Source: Aquirufa sp.
GTDB taxonomy: Bacteria; Bacteroidota; Bacteroidia; Cytophagales; Spirosomataceae
Length of the DNA stretch: 64,000 nt
NCBI RefSeq assembly: GCF_044377215.1
Contig: NZ_JBILJM010000010.1
Coordinates: 13,276-77,275 of the forward strand
Direction of reading: 5' to 3'
Shown here: one piece after another, positions 50,001-59,580 of the stretch
How the letters are laid out: each line of letters opens with the position of its first letter
Position numbering within the stretch: the first letter of the stretch is position 1
Made by a program: the position numbers and the translations under genes
The notes under the pieces: model-generated
Database searches by the model: none
What the model was told of the DNA's origin: nothing
What the model saw: the letters and a program-made list of their open reading frames with translations, nothing else

Positions 50001-50165
50001 CCCATGACAACTAAAACACTTATCAGAAAGGATTTTTTTTACATGGATATTATAATCAACTTCCTCATTAATCCTGTCCATAGCTAAGTTTACCTCCTCA
50101 GGAACTTCAACTTCTTTGCACCCTAAGACAAAAAGCAACAAAGACAAGAATAAAACCTTTTTCAT
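47013..50165 (-). CDS. PSD1/planctomycete cytochrome c protein: PSCyt1 + DUF1549 + LamG-like + DUF1553; lipoprotein
   Basis: VLGC lipobox, CFSCH, CAKCHDHKFDPI, WYHLVGTYDG LamG motif, NPLTARVAVNRIW and PSHPELLD.LA. Confidence 0.9.
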   Translation of the reverse strand: MKKVLFLSLLLFVLGCKEVEVPEEVNLAMDRINEEVDYNIHVKKILSDKCFSCHGNDAKKQKADLRLDIAEAAYSKKTESGMMAIVPGDISSSDFVHRILSEDPDYLMPEPSSHLTLSTYEKAVLVKWIKQGAKYKPHWAYVAPKKTTAPKTKNTSWVKNDIDKFILSKIEAAQLNPSPRADKETLIRRLSFDIRGFAPSIAEVDAFLKDPSANAYEKLVDRFLASPDYGERMAIYWLDLARFADSFGYLDDKHYDMSPWRDWVIEAYNKNLSFKDFITWQLAGDLLPNTSKEKILATGFNRNHKQNTEAGIIEEEFRVENVVDRTSTLGTGLMAMSVGCAKCHDHKFDPISQKDFYSLYAFFNSTFENGSPNYGNEDMVAGPTLLLPTKVNEQKISQLKSYIANLEKKQNNNKLEVKSPNQKELALGLSNKLVAKLNFDKLITKGPKKTIYINELDNSLSALAKKVETSTGVSGLSLKYNDETQVSLPPYKVGYFERYEPFSFSIWLKVPNNYPLATVFHNTDVERYGYQGYDLILKNNQLNFRISHAFPHDAISVMSKEKLQTNKWYHLVGTYDGSSKAKGVSLYLDGKKLDPIVEYDHLVKHIRSYPNIHKTSLYNGITFGVRILDRSMPGGEVDEFQLFNDQLSHAEASFLFKRLPFPIVKKLKKYPAPPLLLARKNLSMLLDSTKEVMVMGDLPKPRPTYVLKRGIYDSFGERVYPSTPAAILPFPKDLPKNRLGLADWLFLDQNPLTARVAVNRIWQLLFGTGIVTSSDNFGSQGDIPSHPELLDHLAVWYREHKWNTKELFKYIYMSSTYQQSAEASSNSIKMDPTNVLLTRSPRYRYPAEMIRDNALKISELLTSKIGGPSVYPYQPTGLWDELTDKSWKYVYNTSTGDDTYRKSIYTIRKRTSVVPFLQIFDAPDRSTCIVKRQVSSSPMQSLAMLNDPQIIEAARNLAWHSIRNGGNSIENQLNYCFRLVTGRKPQTKEIILLNKLYKAEKENFGKQPTKAARYLSIGNDKKPTSDKVALASFASVAATLMNTDEFFTRK

Positions 50166-50335
50166 GTACTAAATATAAGACACATTAATATTTTAATTTG
50201 TTGATTTTAATGTTTTTTTAAATTAATTAATTTTCTAGTCAATACATTCTTTCGCAAAATGTACAAATCGTAAAATTTCATTGAATCTTTAAACGCTAGC
50301 TATTTTTTATACTTAATTTTTGAAAATAATCTTAA

Positions 50336-50370
50336 AGAAAAAATAGCCCCATCCATAAGACGGGGCTATT
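50336..50370 (-). terminator. Intrinsic terminator after susD
   Basis: AATAGCCCC/GGGGCTATT stem, with T-run on the minus strand. Confidence 0.7.
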
Positions 50371-50392
50371 AGTTAACCCTAAACTAATTTAA

Positions 50393-52228
50393 TTATTCTA
50401 CTATTTTATCTAATGCAGGCTTATTTGATTCACTACCTGCGTATCCTAAATTTTGATTGATCTGTCCCAAGCTATTTGCCAAAATTGCAGCTCTAGGAAT
50501 CGGCCATAAAACATGGTAAGGACTCATCGTATATGCATCATTACGAATATTTCTAACCTTATTATAGAAATTATTTTTCTCAATTACTCTATCATAAAAG
50601 AAATTAGCGGTTGAAAAATTTTGTAATGAATACGTTTTGCCCCTATAACTTCTACCTGACTTCGCCATTTGATAGGCAATACGAGTTAATTCAGTTTTAC
50701 GTGGCTCTTCATAATACAATTCTCTTCCTCTCTCATCTAAAATGGTGCCAATATCAATTACTTTATTTGCAGGATATGGCTTACAGTTTGCCCTAGTTCT
50801 AACCGCATTAAGATCAGCAATAGCCAAAGCATTATTGCCCTTAAACCAATGAGCTTCCGCTCTTAAAAGGTACGTTTCTGCTAAGCGAAAAACATACCAG
50901 TCTGAGTTTCCACCTTGAAATGGAATTCGGATTTGGTCTTCAACATAAAGTTTGTAATGTGGCCAATTAAACCAATTTCTGATGGTATCGCCATTGCTTA
51001 TCAATAATTTGCCAGCGGCGTCTCTTAGTTGAAGAGGCTTTCCATAAAAAGGCGATATCCCTTTTATAGCTGTATTATTATACACCAAATCTTCCATTCT
51101 CATCCAGTTTCCAGATTTTGTATCATGGCGATGATCATTTTCGTCATCCCAAACGTCATATTGTGTATAATTCGTTGCACGGCATCGACCAATTCCACGA
51201 CCATATTTTGTGCTTAAATCAAATTCCACTTGTCCAGGTACCAAACCAGACCTGCCATCAGGAGTCAAAATAGCACTGTTTGAGAAAAATGGTACAGCTT
51301 GACGCATACTTGTAGTTCCAGAGGCAGAAGCACTCGCTAATCCAAAACGATCTGTTACCGAAAACAAAACTTCGGTATTTGCAGCAGCAAATTTATTTGC
51401 TGGACGATGTAGGTCCCAAGTAACATTTTTTGTGCTATTACCTGCATCTATTCCAAATCTCCCCGTTACTAATCTATAAGTACCACTGTTAATTACTTGG
51501 TCAGCACTAGCTATAGCTTCATCATAAAGACCTAAAGCCAAGTTGACCTTTGTAAGCAAATGGCCAATTGAAGCTTTATTAACATCTCCTTTGTCACCAA
51601 TAAATGGTACATTTTTAAATGCAAAATCGAGATCGGCTTTAATTTTAGTTAAAATAGCCTCTCTTTTTACAGTTTGAAAATCAAGTTTAGGACTTGAAAT
51701 TTCTTTAAAAGAAGTAGGCACATCCCCAAATTGATTAACCAATCGATAATAATGATAAGCACGGTAAAAATAGGCCTTTCCAAGAAGCTGGTTTTTAACG
51801 TCGTCTTTTATCGAAGTAACGGTAGGAATTTTATCAATTATTGTATTCGCCAATCGAATACCTAACCAATGTCTTTCCCAATACCAACCAATTCGATTAA
51901 AATCAGCACTGTTAAGGTTTGCGTCTGGTGTAATCAATACATTCAAATCTACAGCTGGACCAAATTTATCGGTGGTACCCTCAACTGCCATTTCTGAAAA
52001 CAGCAACTCTGTAATGATAGGGTGACCATCACCATACCATTCATCTTTTAGATTTGCTGAACAGGAAGCCAACGCTGATTTAAAACCAGCTTCACTTGTA
52101 AAAGTATTTTCTGGAGTAAATAAGGATAGAGGCTGCGGAGTAAGCCAATTGTCCGTACAACTTGTAAACACTGCCAGCACGATAGCAGCGACTACGGTTA
52201 TTTTTCTAATTTTAAATATATTTTTCAT
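50393..52228 (-). CDS. RagB/SusD family outer-membrane glycan-binding lipoprotein
   Basis: FTSC lipobox, GKAYFYRAYHYY..V..FGDVP, FRLAETYLLRAEA, ILDERGRELYYE and WPIP...QNLGY. Confidence 0.93.
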   Translation of the reverse strand: MKNIFKIRKITVVAAIVLAVFTSCTDNWLTPQPLSLFTPENTFTSEAGFKSALASCSANLKDEWYGDGHPIITELLFSEMAVEGTTDKFGPAVDLNVLITPDANLNSADFNRIGWYWERHWLGIRLANTIIDKIPTVTSIKDDVKNQLLGKAYFYRAYHYYRLVNQFGDVPTSFKEISSPKLDFQTVKREAILTKIKADLDFAFKNVPFIGDKGDVNKASIGHLLTKVNLALGLYDEAIASADQVINSGTYRLVTGRFGIDAGNSTKNVTWDLHRPANKFAAANTEVLFSVTDRFGLASASASGTTSMRQAVPFFSNSAILTPDGRSGLVPGQVEFDLSTKYGRGIGRCRATNYTQYDVWDDENDHRHDTKSGNWMRMEDLVYNNTAIKGISPFYGKPLQLRDAAGKLLISNGDTIRNWFNWPHYKLYVEDQIRIPFQGGNSDWYVFRLAETYLLRAEAHWFKGNNALAIADLNAVRTRANCKPYPANKVIDIGTILDERGRELYYEEPRKTELTRIAYQMAKSGRSYRGKTYSLQNFSTANFFYDRVIEKNNFYNKVRNIRNDAYTMSPYHVLWPIPRAAILANSLGQINQNLGYAGSESNKPALDKIVE

Positions 52229-52239
52229 AAAAAATCAAT

Positions 52240-55200
52240 TTAGAATGTAATGTTTAGACCAAGTGTTGAAGTTTGTGGCATTAAATTTTGATAAAATGCA
52301 TTATTAGTTTCAGTATTTGCTCTTGATTCAGGGTCAAAATAAGACCATGGTGTAAATACTGCTAAGTTGGATACATTCACATAAAATTTCATGCTTTCAA
52401 ATTTGACCTTATTTGTCACTGTTTTTGGAAGGGTATATGCCAAACTAATGTTATTTAATCTAACAAAAGAAGATTTACGCCAAACCGTATAGGCTACTGC
52501 CCCACCTGCTGCTGACATCATCTTTGCATAGTCATTAATTGGGTTTTCAGGTGTCCAATATGGTCTTTTGTAAAACTGCGAACGATCATAAAACAAATCC
52601 ACATTCTTAGCTTCGTTAAAGGCTGTGTATTGTCCAATTCGGCCATATAAAGAGAATGAAACGTCAAAATTTTTGTACAGATTAAACTCATTTCTTAGGT
52701 TAAATGAAAACAGAGGATTTTGATGACCTAAAAATTGTCTATCTTCTATCGTATACTTACCATCATTGTTTAAATCCTCAAGTTTAAAATCACCAGGAGT
52801 AAACCCATACTTTTTGGCTAAATCTCTCTCAGCTTCCTGCCATACGCCTAATACTTTGTAATCCCATATTTGATTGATAGGCTTACCAATAAACCATCCG
52901 TTTGCTCTATCATCTTGATCCACCATGGTTACGTTTCCACTTGCATCTTTAACAGGTACCTCACCATACAGTTTCAAGATTTTGTTATCATTGGTCCAGA
53001 AACTGACATTTGAACGCCAAACAAAGTTGTCGTTTTTATAGTTTTCAGAATTAATCGCTACTTCAAGTCCATTGTTACCAACAGAGCCTAAATTTGAAAT
53101 AACACTAGCGAATCCGGTAACATTAGGAAGGGAACGGAATAACAACAAATCATTTGTTTCTCTGATGTAGTAATCCACCGAGCCATTTATCTTACTATTA
53201 AATAATCCGAAATCTAAACCAAAATTGTATGAGCTATTTTTCTCCCATTTCAACGAGGGGTTAGGCATATTAGTGGTCCTAACAGTACCCGTATTAAATG
53301 TCGCTCCCCCAGGAGAAGTGTAGCTATAAACACCAGTTGAAAGAGCAGATAGAGATGCAAATCTATTGGCAGATCCGTCGGCATTTAATATCTCACGGTT
53401 TCCATTGACACCATAAGAAACTCTAAGTTTTCCGTAATCTAAATATTTCTGAATCCCACTAAAGAATTTCTCATCCGTAAATTGCCATCCTAAGGCTAAA
53501 GATGGAAACATTGCCCTTTGATTGGCAGCACCAAAGCCAGAGTATCCATCTCTACGCATGGTCGCTGTCAGGAAATATCTTGAATTAAAATTATAATTAA
53601 TTCTTCCCATTAAAGCATCCCCCGTAAAATAGGTATCGTTGCTTGTTATGGATGGAAACAATGTTGCAGCACCCACATTATGGTAAAGCAAGTTATCCCC
53701 TGGTGAATAGTTTTCCGCATTGATTACATTCTGCCAAATTTGAGCTTTTTCAGCATTCACCAAAAATGTTGCATCAAAATTGTGCTTTCCAAATGATTTA
53801 TTCCATCTTAAAATATTATCAATCTGCCATTGAAATGAATTACTATTTTCTCTTCTTGATATTCCTCGGCGATTACTTATTCCGGGCTTATTTGCCGAAA
53901 TATGATCTAAATAATTTACAAACTCGAATCTTGGAGTGTAATTAACCTGGTAAGAAAAACCATAACCTAAATCTCCTTTTATGAAAATAGAGCTAAATAA
54001 GTTATTGACTCTTCTATCTCTAGAATTAAAAACTTGGTCAAGGAATGGATTCGTGTTATTACCTACGTCATCATTAGTACTTTGACGTAATGTAACACCA
54101 TCATCTTGATATAATTGACCAAACGGAGTTGTACGAATAGCATTTCCTAAATCAATTGGAATACTACTTTCATCACGATTTGCAAATTGTAGGTTTAAGC
54201 CTACAGTAAGAAATTTGGCAATTTTATTTTCTAGGTTTACTCTTGCTCTTACAGTTTTAAAAACATCCCCCACCGAGAGTCCTTCATTAGACAAATAACC
54301 CAAAGACATGTAGTAGTTGGTAGTAGGCGTACTACCAGAAATACCAACTGTATGATCTTGTTGAACAGCATTGTCATTTACAAGAATGTCTTCCCAGTTA
54401 GTTGTTCTACCAGCTTTATAATTTGCTATTTCGACAGGGAAAAGCTTTATTCTATTGAGCCATACATCCACTGGATCTCCTTTGTCACTTCCTAACCATT
54501 GCGTTATACTTACATCTGATGGTAAATTGCGAGGGTCATAAAAAGTATGTTTTTTAGCAGGATCGTGTCCATTCATGCTCCAAAGGACATCACCACGCCA
54601 TTTCAAAAACTCTTCTGGATTTAAAATATGGTTGAATTTTCCAACCTTATTCATGGCAAAATTGGAATTAAGTGTGATTTGGGGTTTACCAGATTTACCT
54701 CTTTTCGTGGTTACCAAAATTACCCCATTTGCAGATCTTGCACCAAACACTGAGGCTGAACTTGCATCTTTCAAAACGTCTACCGTTTCGATATCATTGG
54801 GATTGATGTCGTTTAAAGAACCCGGATAGATAACTCCATCTACCACGATCAATGGGGAAGTAGCGGCAGTTAATGACGCACGACCCCTAATAAGAAAACT
54901 ACCACCACCTCTTGGAGAGGCGTTATTAGACACGTCTAAGCCTGGTGTATTACCACGTAACATATCTTGTACTGTCCTTGGGTTTTCGTTTTCCATTTTA
55001 GCGGCTTTTATTTGACCCACAGCACCAGTTAAATCACTTTTTTTCATGGTACCATAGCCTACAACTACCACTTCATCGAGATTCTGACTGTCCTCAGCGA
55101 GGCTAATGTTGATTTGGGTTCTGGTTCCAATTACTTCCTCCCTCCTTAAATATCCGATCGAGGAGAATACAAGTACCCCATTTTTTGAATTTACATTTAG

Positions 55201-55380
55201 GGAATAATTACCGTTCCCATCAGTAAATGTACCTTGCGTAGTTCCTTTTAATGATACGCTAACACCTGGTAAGCCGCCTCCTAAGGGGTCTGACACTTTA
55301 CCTGTCAATTGCCCAGTTTGAGCAACTACTATCTGCAAAGACAAAAACAATGCAGACAACAAAAGATAAATTTTCTTCAT
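52240..55380 (-). CDS. SusC/RagA family TonB-dependent transporter
   Basis: LDEVVVVGYG, PLIVVDG, DIETVDVLKDAS..SVFGARSANGVILVTTKRG; C-terminal GLNITF. Confidence 0.95.
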   Translation of the reverse strand: MKKIYLLLSALFLSLQIVVAQTGQLTGKVSDPLGGGLPGVSVSLKGTTQGTFTDGNGNYSLNVNSKNGVLVFSSIGYLRREEVIGTRTQINISLAEDSQNLDEVVVVGYGTMKKSDLTGAVGQIKAAKMENENPRTVQDMLRGNTPGLDVSNNASPRGGGSFLIRGRASLTAATSPLIVVDGVIYPGSLNDINPNDIETVDVLKDASSASVFGARSANGVILVTTKRGKSGKPQITLNSNFAMNKVGKFNHILNPEEFLKWRGDVLWSMNGHDPAKKHTFYDPRNLPSDVSITQWLGSDKGDPVDVWLNRIKLFPVEIANYKAGRTTNWEDILVNDNAVQQDHTVGISGSTPTTNYYMSLGYLSNEGLSVGDVFKTVRARVNLENKIAKFLTVGLNLQFANRDESSIPIDLGNAIRTTPFGQLYQDDGVTLRQSTNDDVGNNTNPFLDQVFNSRDRRVNNLFSSIFIKGDLGYGFSYQVNYTPRFEFVNYLDHISANKPGISNRRGISRRENSNSFQWQIDNILRWNKSFGKHNFDATFLVNAEKAQIWQNVINAENYSPGDNLLYHNVGAATLFPSITSNDTYFTGDALMGRINYNFNSRYFLTATMRRDGYSGFGAANQRAMFPSLALGWQFTDEKFFSGIQKYLDYGKLRVSYGVNGNREILNADGSANRFASLSALSTGVYSYTSPGGATFNTGTVRTTNMPNPSLKWEKNSSYNFGLDFGLFNSKINGSVDYYIRETNDLLLFRSLPNVTGFASVISNLGSVGNNGLEVAINSENYKNDNFVWRSNVSFWTNDNKILKLYGEVPVKDASGNVTMVDQDDRANGWFIGKPINQIWDYKVLGVWQEAERDLAKKYGFTPGDFKLEDLNNDGKYTIEDRQFLGHQNPLFSFNLRNEFNLYKNFDVSFSLYGRIGQYTAFNEAKNVDLFYDRSQFYKRPYWTPENPINDYAKMMSAAGGAVAYTVWRKSSFVRLNNISLAYTLPKTVTNKVKFESMKFYVNVSNLAVFTPWSYFDPESRANTETNNAFYQNLMPQTSTLGLNITF

Positions 55381-55545
55381 AGTTTAATAATTGTTTAAGT
55401 GATTGAGTATGTATAGTTACACACTCATAATTGTTAAGAAATTGATAAAAATTGAATTACATACATGATTAGAAATTGTTAAAAAGCTAAAAAATGAGTT
55501 ATACTATTATTTAATCTGAATTTTCCTTGTTTCAACGTACAATGA

Positions 55546-56925
55546 CTATTTATTTTTGAATTGATTCGTACCATATGGCACTCTTTGAGATCTTCCCAAC
55601 ATAGTATTTGCTGTTTCGTTATTAGTAAATCTTTCAGTCTTGGGATCCCATAATAATTTACCGGGTAGTTTCATTGCAATATGACTAATCAAGCAAATTG
55701 AGCAAACACGGTGTGCAACTTCTACTGGAGATAATACAGGAGTCTTATTTAGAATTCCTTCTAGCCAGTTTAAATGGTGTTCCTCACTTACCTGAAGTTT
55801 TACTTCGCTATCTTTTATTTGAGAAGTCAATATTTTGGGGTTACTAGCATCTAAAGCTTTAGCACTTTTAGCTGCTGCAATAGGATCAGATGCGGATGCG
55901 ACATAACTACCTCTAGAAACAAAAATCCAACCCTCCGAGCCTTCAAAACGAATTCCATTAGGATAGCCTCCACTTGTATACATCGATATACCGTTTGCAT
56001 AATCAGATTTTACCATAAAATCACCATGAACATTCCATAAGCCAGATTTTGGAAACTCAGCTATTGCTTCTACAGATATTGGACCAGTGTGTTCGGTATC
56101 CATGCCCCATGCTGCAATATCATAGTGATGTTGTCCCCAACCGGTAATCATACCAGACCCAAATTGCTCAAGTCTTAACCATCCCGGTCGACCATAACCT
56201 ACTTGAGGATGAACCCCTATTTCAGTGTAGGGCACAAAAGGCGTAGAGCCTAACCATGCATCATAATTCAAATTTTTGGGAATGGGCATTTCGGGTGCAG
56301 ATGGACCTGATGGATCACCTGGCAGTCCTATTTTTATGGTGTGTAGCTTTCCAATTCTACCATTTCGGACTAACTCTGCAGCTATCCTAAATTGCGATGT
56401 AGAACGCTGTTGGGTTCCTACCTGAAAAACCACCCCTTTTTTGTTTACTATTTGACAAAGCTGTCTGCCTTCCGATATGGTCAAAGAAGTAGGTTTTTGA
56501 AGATATATGTGCTTACCTGCTAATGCGGCTTCCATGGCAGGCTGAGCATGCCAATGGTCTGGCGTACTAATCATGACCGCATCAATATCTTTGTTTAGGA
56601 GCATTTCACGGTAATCGTCGTACATCTTAGTATCCATGTATTTATTATTGCCTGTCTTTTGCCCATAATATCCATCAATGAGGCTTTTGGCATCCTCTAC
56701 TCTATTTCTATCAATATCACAAGCTGCTATGATTCTCGCTGAATCATGTTTAAATGTTTCCGCTAAGTCATGTTCACGTGCTATTCTACCACAGCCGATT
56801 TGACCAATATTTATTTTATTCGAAGGCGCGTTTTTCCCAAATACGGAAGAGGGTACAATAGTTGGTAAACCAATTGTCGCTACTGCTCCAGTGAGAGTTT
56901 GTTCAATAAATTTCCTACGTTTCAT
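55546..56925 (-). CDS. Gfo/Idh/MocA NAD-dependent oxidoreductase, Tat-exported
   Basis: MKRRKF leader, IGQIGCG, ISTPDHWH, YLQKP, QVGTQQRS and GWGQHHYD. Confidence 0.9.
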   Translation of the reverse strand: MKRRKFIEQTLTGAVATIGLPTIVPSSVFGKNAPSNKINIGQIGCGRIAREHDLAETFKHDSARIIAACDIDRNRVEDAKSLIDGYYGQKTGNNKYMDTKMYDDYREMLLNKDIDAVMISTPDHWHAQPAMEAALAGKHIYLQKPTSLTISEGRQLCQIVNKKGVVFQVGTQQRSTSQFRIAAELVRNGRIGKLHTIKIGLPGDPSGPSAPEMPIPKNLNYDAWLGSTPFVPYTEIGVHPQVGYGRPGWLRLEQFGSGMITGWGQHHYDIAAWGMDTEHTGPISVEAIAEFPKSGLWNVHGDFMVKSDYANGISMYTSGGYPNGIRFEGSEGWIFVSRGSYVASASDPIAAAKSAKALDASNPKILTSQIKDSEVKLQVSEEHHLNWLEGILNKTPVLSPVEVAHRVCSICLISHIAMKLPGKLLWDPKTERFTNNETANTMLGRSQRVPYGTNQFKNK

Positions 56926-59546
56926 ATTTTGTTTTGTTTAACAATGAATGTTTTACTAGCCCTACCAAACTTATTGAAAGCTCTAACTTTTATTGGACCA
57001 TTAACTTTTACAGGGTAGGTATATTCTTTAGAATTTACGTCTGGCTCCGAACCATCTTCCGTATAGCGGATAGTAAAACCAGGAAAAGCTACATTTGCTT
57101 TCAGTAAACCATCCTCTATAACGGCTCCGGGTTGAGCTATTCGGTAATTATAGCCATTAAATAAAAAATCTAAACGGGGAAATTCGCGCTGTCCAATTTG
57201 ATTTGAAATATCTGCCCAACCTGCCCATATCGAATTAACACGTTTAGATATTGTACTTTCACTCTCCCAAGCAGGCGCATTAGACCATGATTTCTCAGCA
57301 AAAGCAAACAATTTAGGTGCAAGATAATATTCCAGCATTTTCGAGCCTTTAATTGTTTCAGACCACAATTGGGCCTGCATACCCACAATATTTTTTTCAG
57401 CTTCCCTCTTTAAATACTGACGTGCCATATTAGCATCAATTTTTTGAGATTTACGTCCAAAAATCTCCTCTTTTTCTGTCAGCCTGCTGTATTTATCAAA
57501 ATTTATAGATTTAAAAACATCAAACGGCGTCATTACATACGGGTCTATAGCATCCTGATATCCTGCCCAAACCAGTCCTGGTTCAGTAGGATCAGAATTG
57601 TAGGAAAGATCAAAATACAGATTGGTTGCATTACACAGCACCACCTTGTAACCAGCATTTGCAATTCGATAACCTAGGTCAATATTTTTTCCTGTATTAT
57701 CCCAAACTAATGGCAGTACCTTTTTGTCCTTAAATTTGGGGTTAACTTGAATGTTGTTTTGACTATCCTTATTCAATACGATTTCTTCCCAGCCAGCCAC
57801 TTCCAAATTGTATTTTTCAAAAATTGCTACCGCTTTTTCAAGAAAATATCCTTGCAACTGGCGGGCATCTTTTATTTCAGGTAACGTTTTCATCAACTCC
57901 TTACAAAGGGGTGATTTCGCCCAAGCTCCGTTGGGCACTTCGTCTCCTCCCGTATTGAAAGTGGTCAATTTTAAGCCTGCTTCTTGATACATGGCTACTA
58001 TATCTTTCACTACTGTTTCGTAGAAGTGATACACAGAGGGCAGTGCTACACAAACAATATTGTCCTTGTACATCTGTGCTGACAAGTAAACCGATTTATC
58101 ATTTGGATCAATCAATCGAAATTCCTTTGCTTTTTCAGTCTCCCCTTTTGCCATAAAATAATCGTATCGAGCTTCCATGGCTTTAATCGCAGCACGGGCA
58201 TGGCCAGGCATTGAAATTTCAGGAATAACTTGGATATGCCTTTGGTCAGCATATTTAATGATCTCTTTAAATTCCTCTCTTGTGTAAAACCCTTTTCCAT
58301 AATTGTTTTCAGAATCGGGATGAGGGCCAGAGCCATATGATGGAGTAAGCCAGTTTTTAGAATCAACGGTATGCCCACGTTTACTACCTATCTGTGTCAA
58401 TTCCGGAAGACCCTTTATCTCTAAACGCCAACCTTCGTCTTCAGAAAGGTGGAGATTGAGTTTGTTAATCTTATACATTGCCAAAAGGTCAATAAGCCTT
58501 AAAACATCCTCTTTTTTGGCAAAATTTCGTGATACATCAAGCAAAAAACTTCGAAAACTAAATCTAGGAGCATCCGAAATTTCTACACTTTCAACTTTGA
58601 TTTGAGCACGATTTAATGCTGGTATAAGAGCTGAAAGACTTTGAATACCATAAAAAACACCCGCCGCATCATTTCCCGTTATTGCTACTCCTTTCCCTTC
58701 ACCTACGGTCAGAGAATAGGCTTCTGCCGAAACGCCATTGATCTTTAATGGGGCTGTTTTGATAGTAATAGAATTTGCTTCCGCTCCATTTCCTTCTTTT
58801 ATCTTTAATTTTTTACCCAAATATTTTTCCATCAACGACGCCAAATATTCAGCCTCTTTTTTAAGCGTTTTACTGTAATATATCGTAGAGTTTTTATCCA
58901 AAGTAACACCGCCTTTTCCTGATTTTATCGAATAAGGACTCGGTATGATTTTGCCAATCTTGTCAGTTGGCAGTAAAGGAATATTTTGGTTTATAACGTA
59001 TTGATTAGCCGCAGTAGGTATAGTAGCAACAAATTCAGAATCTGGGAAGATATTAGTATAATCTGTAATTGGGGAAATATTTAAATCTTTGGCAATGATT
59101 CTTGAATCATCATAAACGATATAAGCACCTTGTGGAGCATATTTTTCATTAAATAGAATACCATCGGCTTCGTATTCAAAAGAAATCGAATCACCTTGAC
59201 GCAGTGTAAAACTACTATCAGGTACATAGCGGTATAAATCGCCATTCAGATGTTCAATTTTCCCATTAGCTAAGTCTGCAGGCTGCTTGGGTTTCAAGAA
59301 ACTTTGGTTGAAATACAAAGACCATTTTCCTGTTTTAATTGTTTCCGGCCCATTATTAATAAAAATGAAGGCTGCTTTGTTAGCTCCCGATTCATTCGCT
59401 GGATTTTTGATTAATCTCCATTTTAAAGTAAGTTTTTTAAACTTATCTGAATTATCCACCTTTGCCCCAAGAGAACCAAAATTTAGGCAAATGAGATAAA
59501 TAAGCGATACAATCAAAGCTAAATAGTTGCAATTCTTCCTTAACAT
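56922..59546 (-). CDS. GH20 beta-N-acetylhexosaminidase (chitobiase-like architecture)
   Basis: DAPRFSFRSFLLDVSRNF, HLSEDEGWR, GHARAA, GGDEVP, QAQLWSET and IRYTEDGSEP. Confidence 0.92.
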   Translation of the reverse strand: MLRKNCNYLALIVSLIYLICLNFGSLGAKVDNSDKFKKLTLKWRLIKNPANESGANKAAFIFINNGPETIKTGKWSLYFNQSFLKPKQPADLANGKIEHLNGDLYRYVPDSSFTLRQGDSISFEYEADGILFNEKYAPQGAYIVYDDSRIIAKDLNISPITDYTNIFPDSEFVATIPTAANQYVINQNIPLLPTDKIGKIIPSPYSIKSGKGGVTLDKNSTIYYSKTLKKEAEYLASLMEKYLGKKLKIKEGNGAEANSITIKTAPLKINGVSAEAYSLTVGEGKGVAITGNDAAGVFYGIQSLSALIPALNRAQIKVESVEISDAPRFSFRSFLLDVSRNFAKKEDVLRLIDLLAMYKINKLNLHLSEDEGWRLEIKGLPELTQIGSKRGHTVDSKNWLTPSYGSGPHPDSENNYGKGFYTREEFKEIIKYADQRHIQVIPEISMPGHARAAIKAMEARYDYFMAKGETEKAKEFRLIDPNDKSVYLSAQMYKDNIVCVALPSVYHFYETVVKDIVAMYQEAGLKLTTFNTGGDEVPNGAWAKSPLCKELMKTLPEIKDARQLQGYFLEKAVAIFEKYNLEVAGWEEIVLNKDSQNNIQVNPKFKDKKVLPLVWDNTGKNIDLGYRIANAGYKVVLCNATNLYFDLSYNSDPTEPGLVWAGYQDAIDPYVMTPFDVFKSINFDKYSRLTEKEEIFGRKSQKIDANMARQYLKREAEKNIVGMQAQLWSETIKGSKMLEYYLAPKLFAFAEKSWSNAPAWESESTISKRVNSIWAGWADISNQIGQREFPRLDFLFNGYNYRIAQPGAVIEDGLLKANVAFPGFTIRYTEDGSEPDVNSKEYTYPVKVNGPIKVRAFNKFGRASKTFIVKQNKI

Positions 59547-59580
59547 ATTATTTTTTCAAAAATTTTAACTTGGTCCTGTT

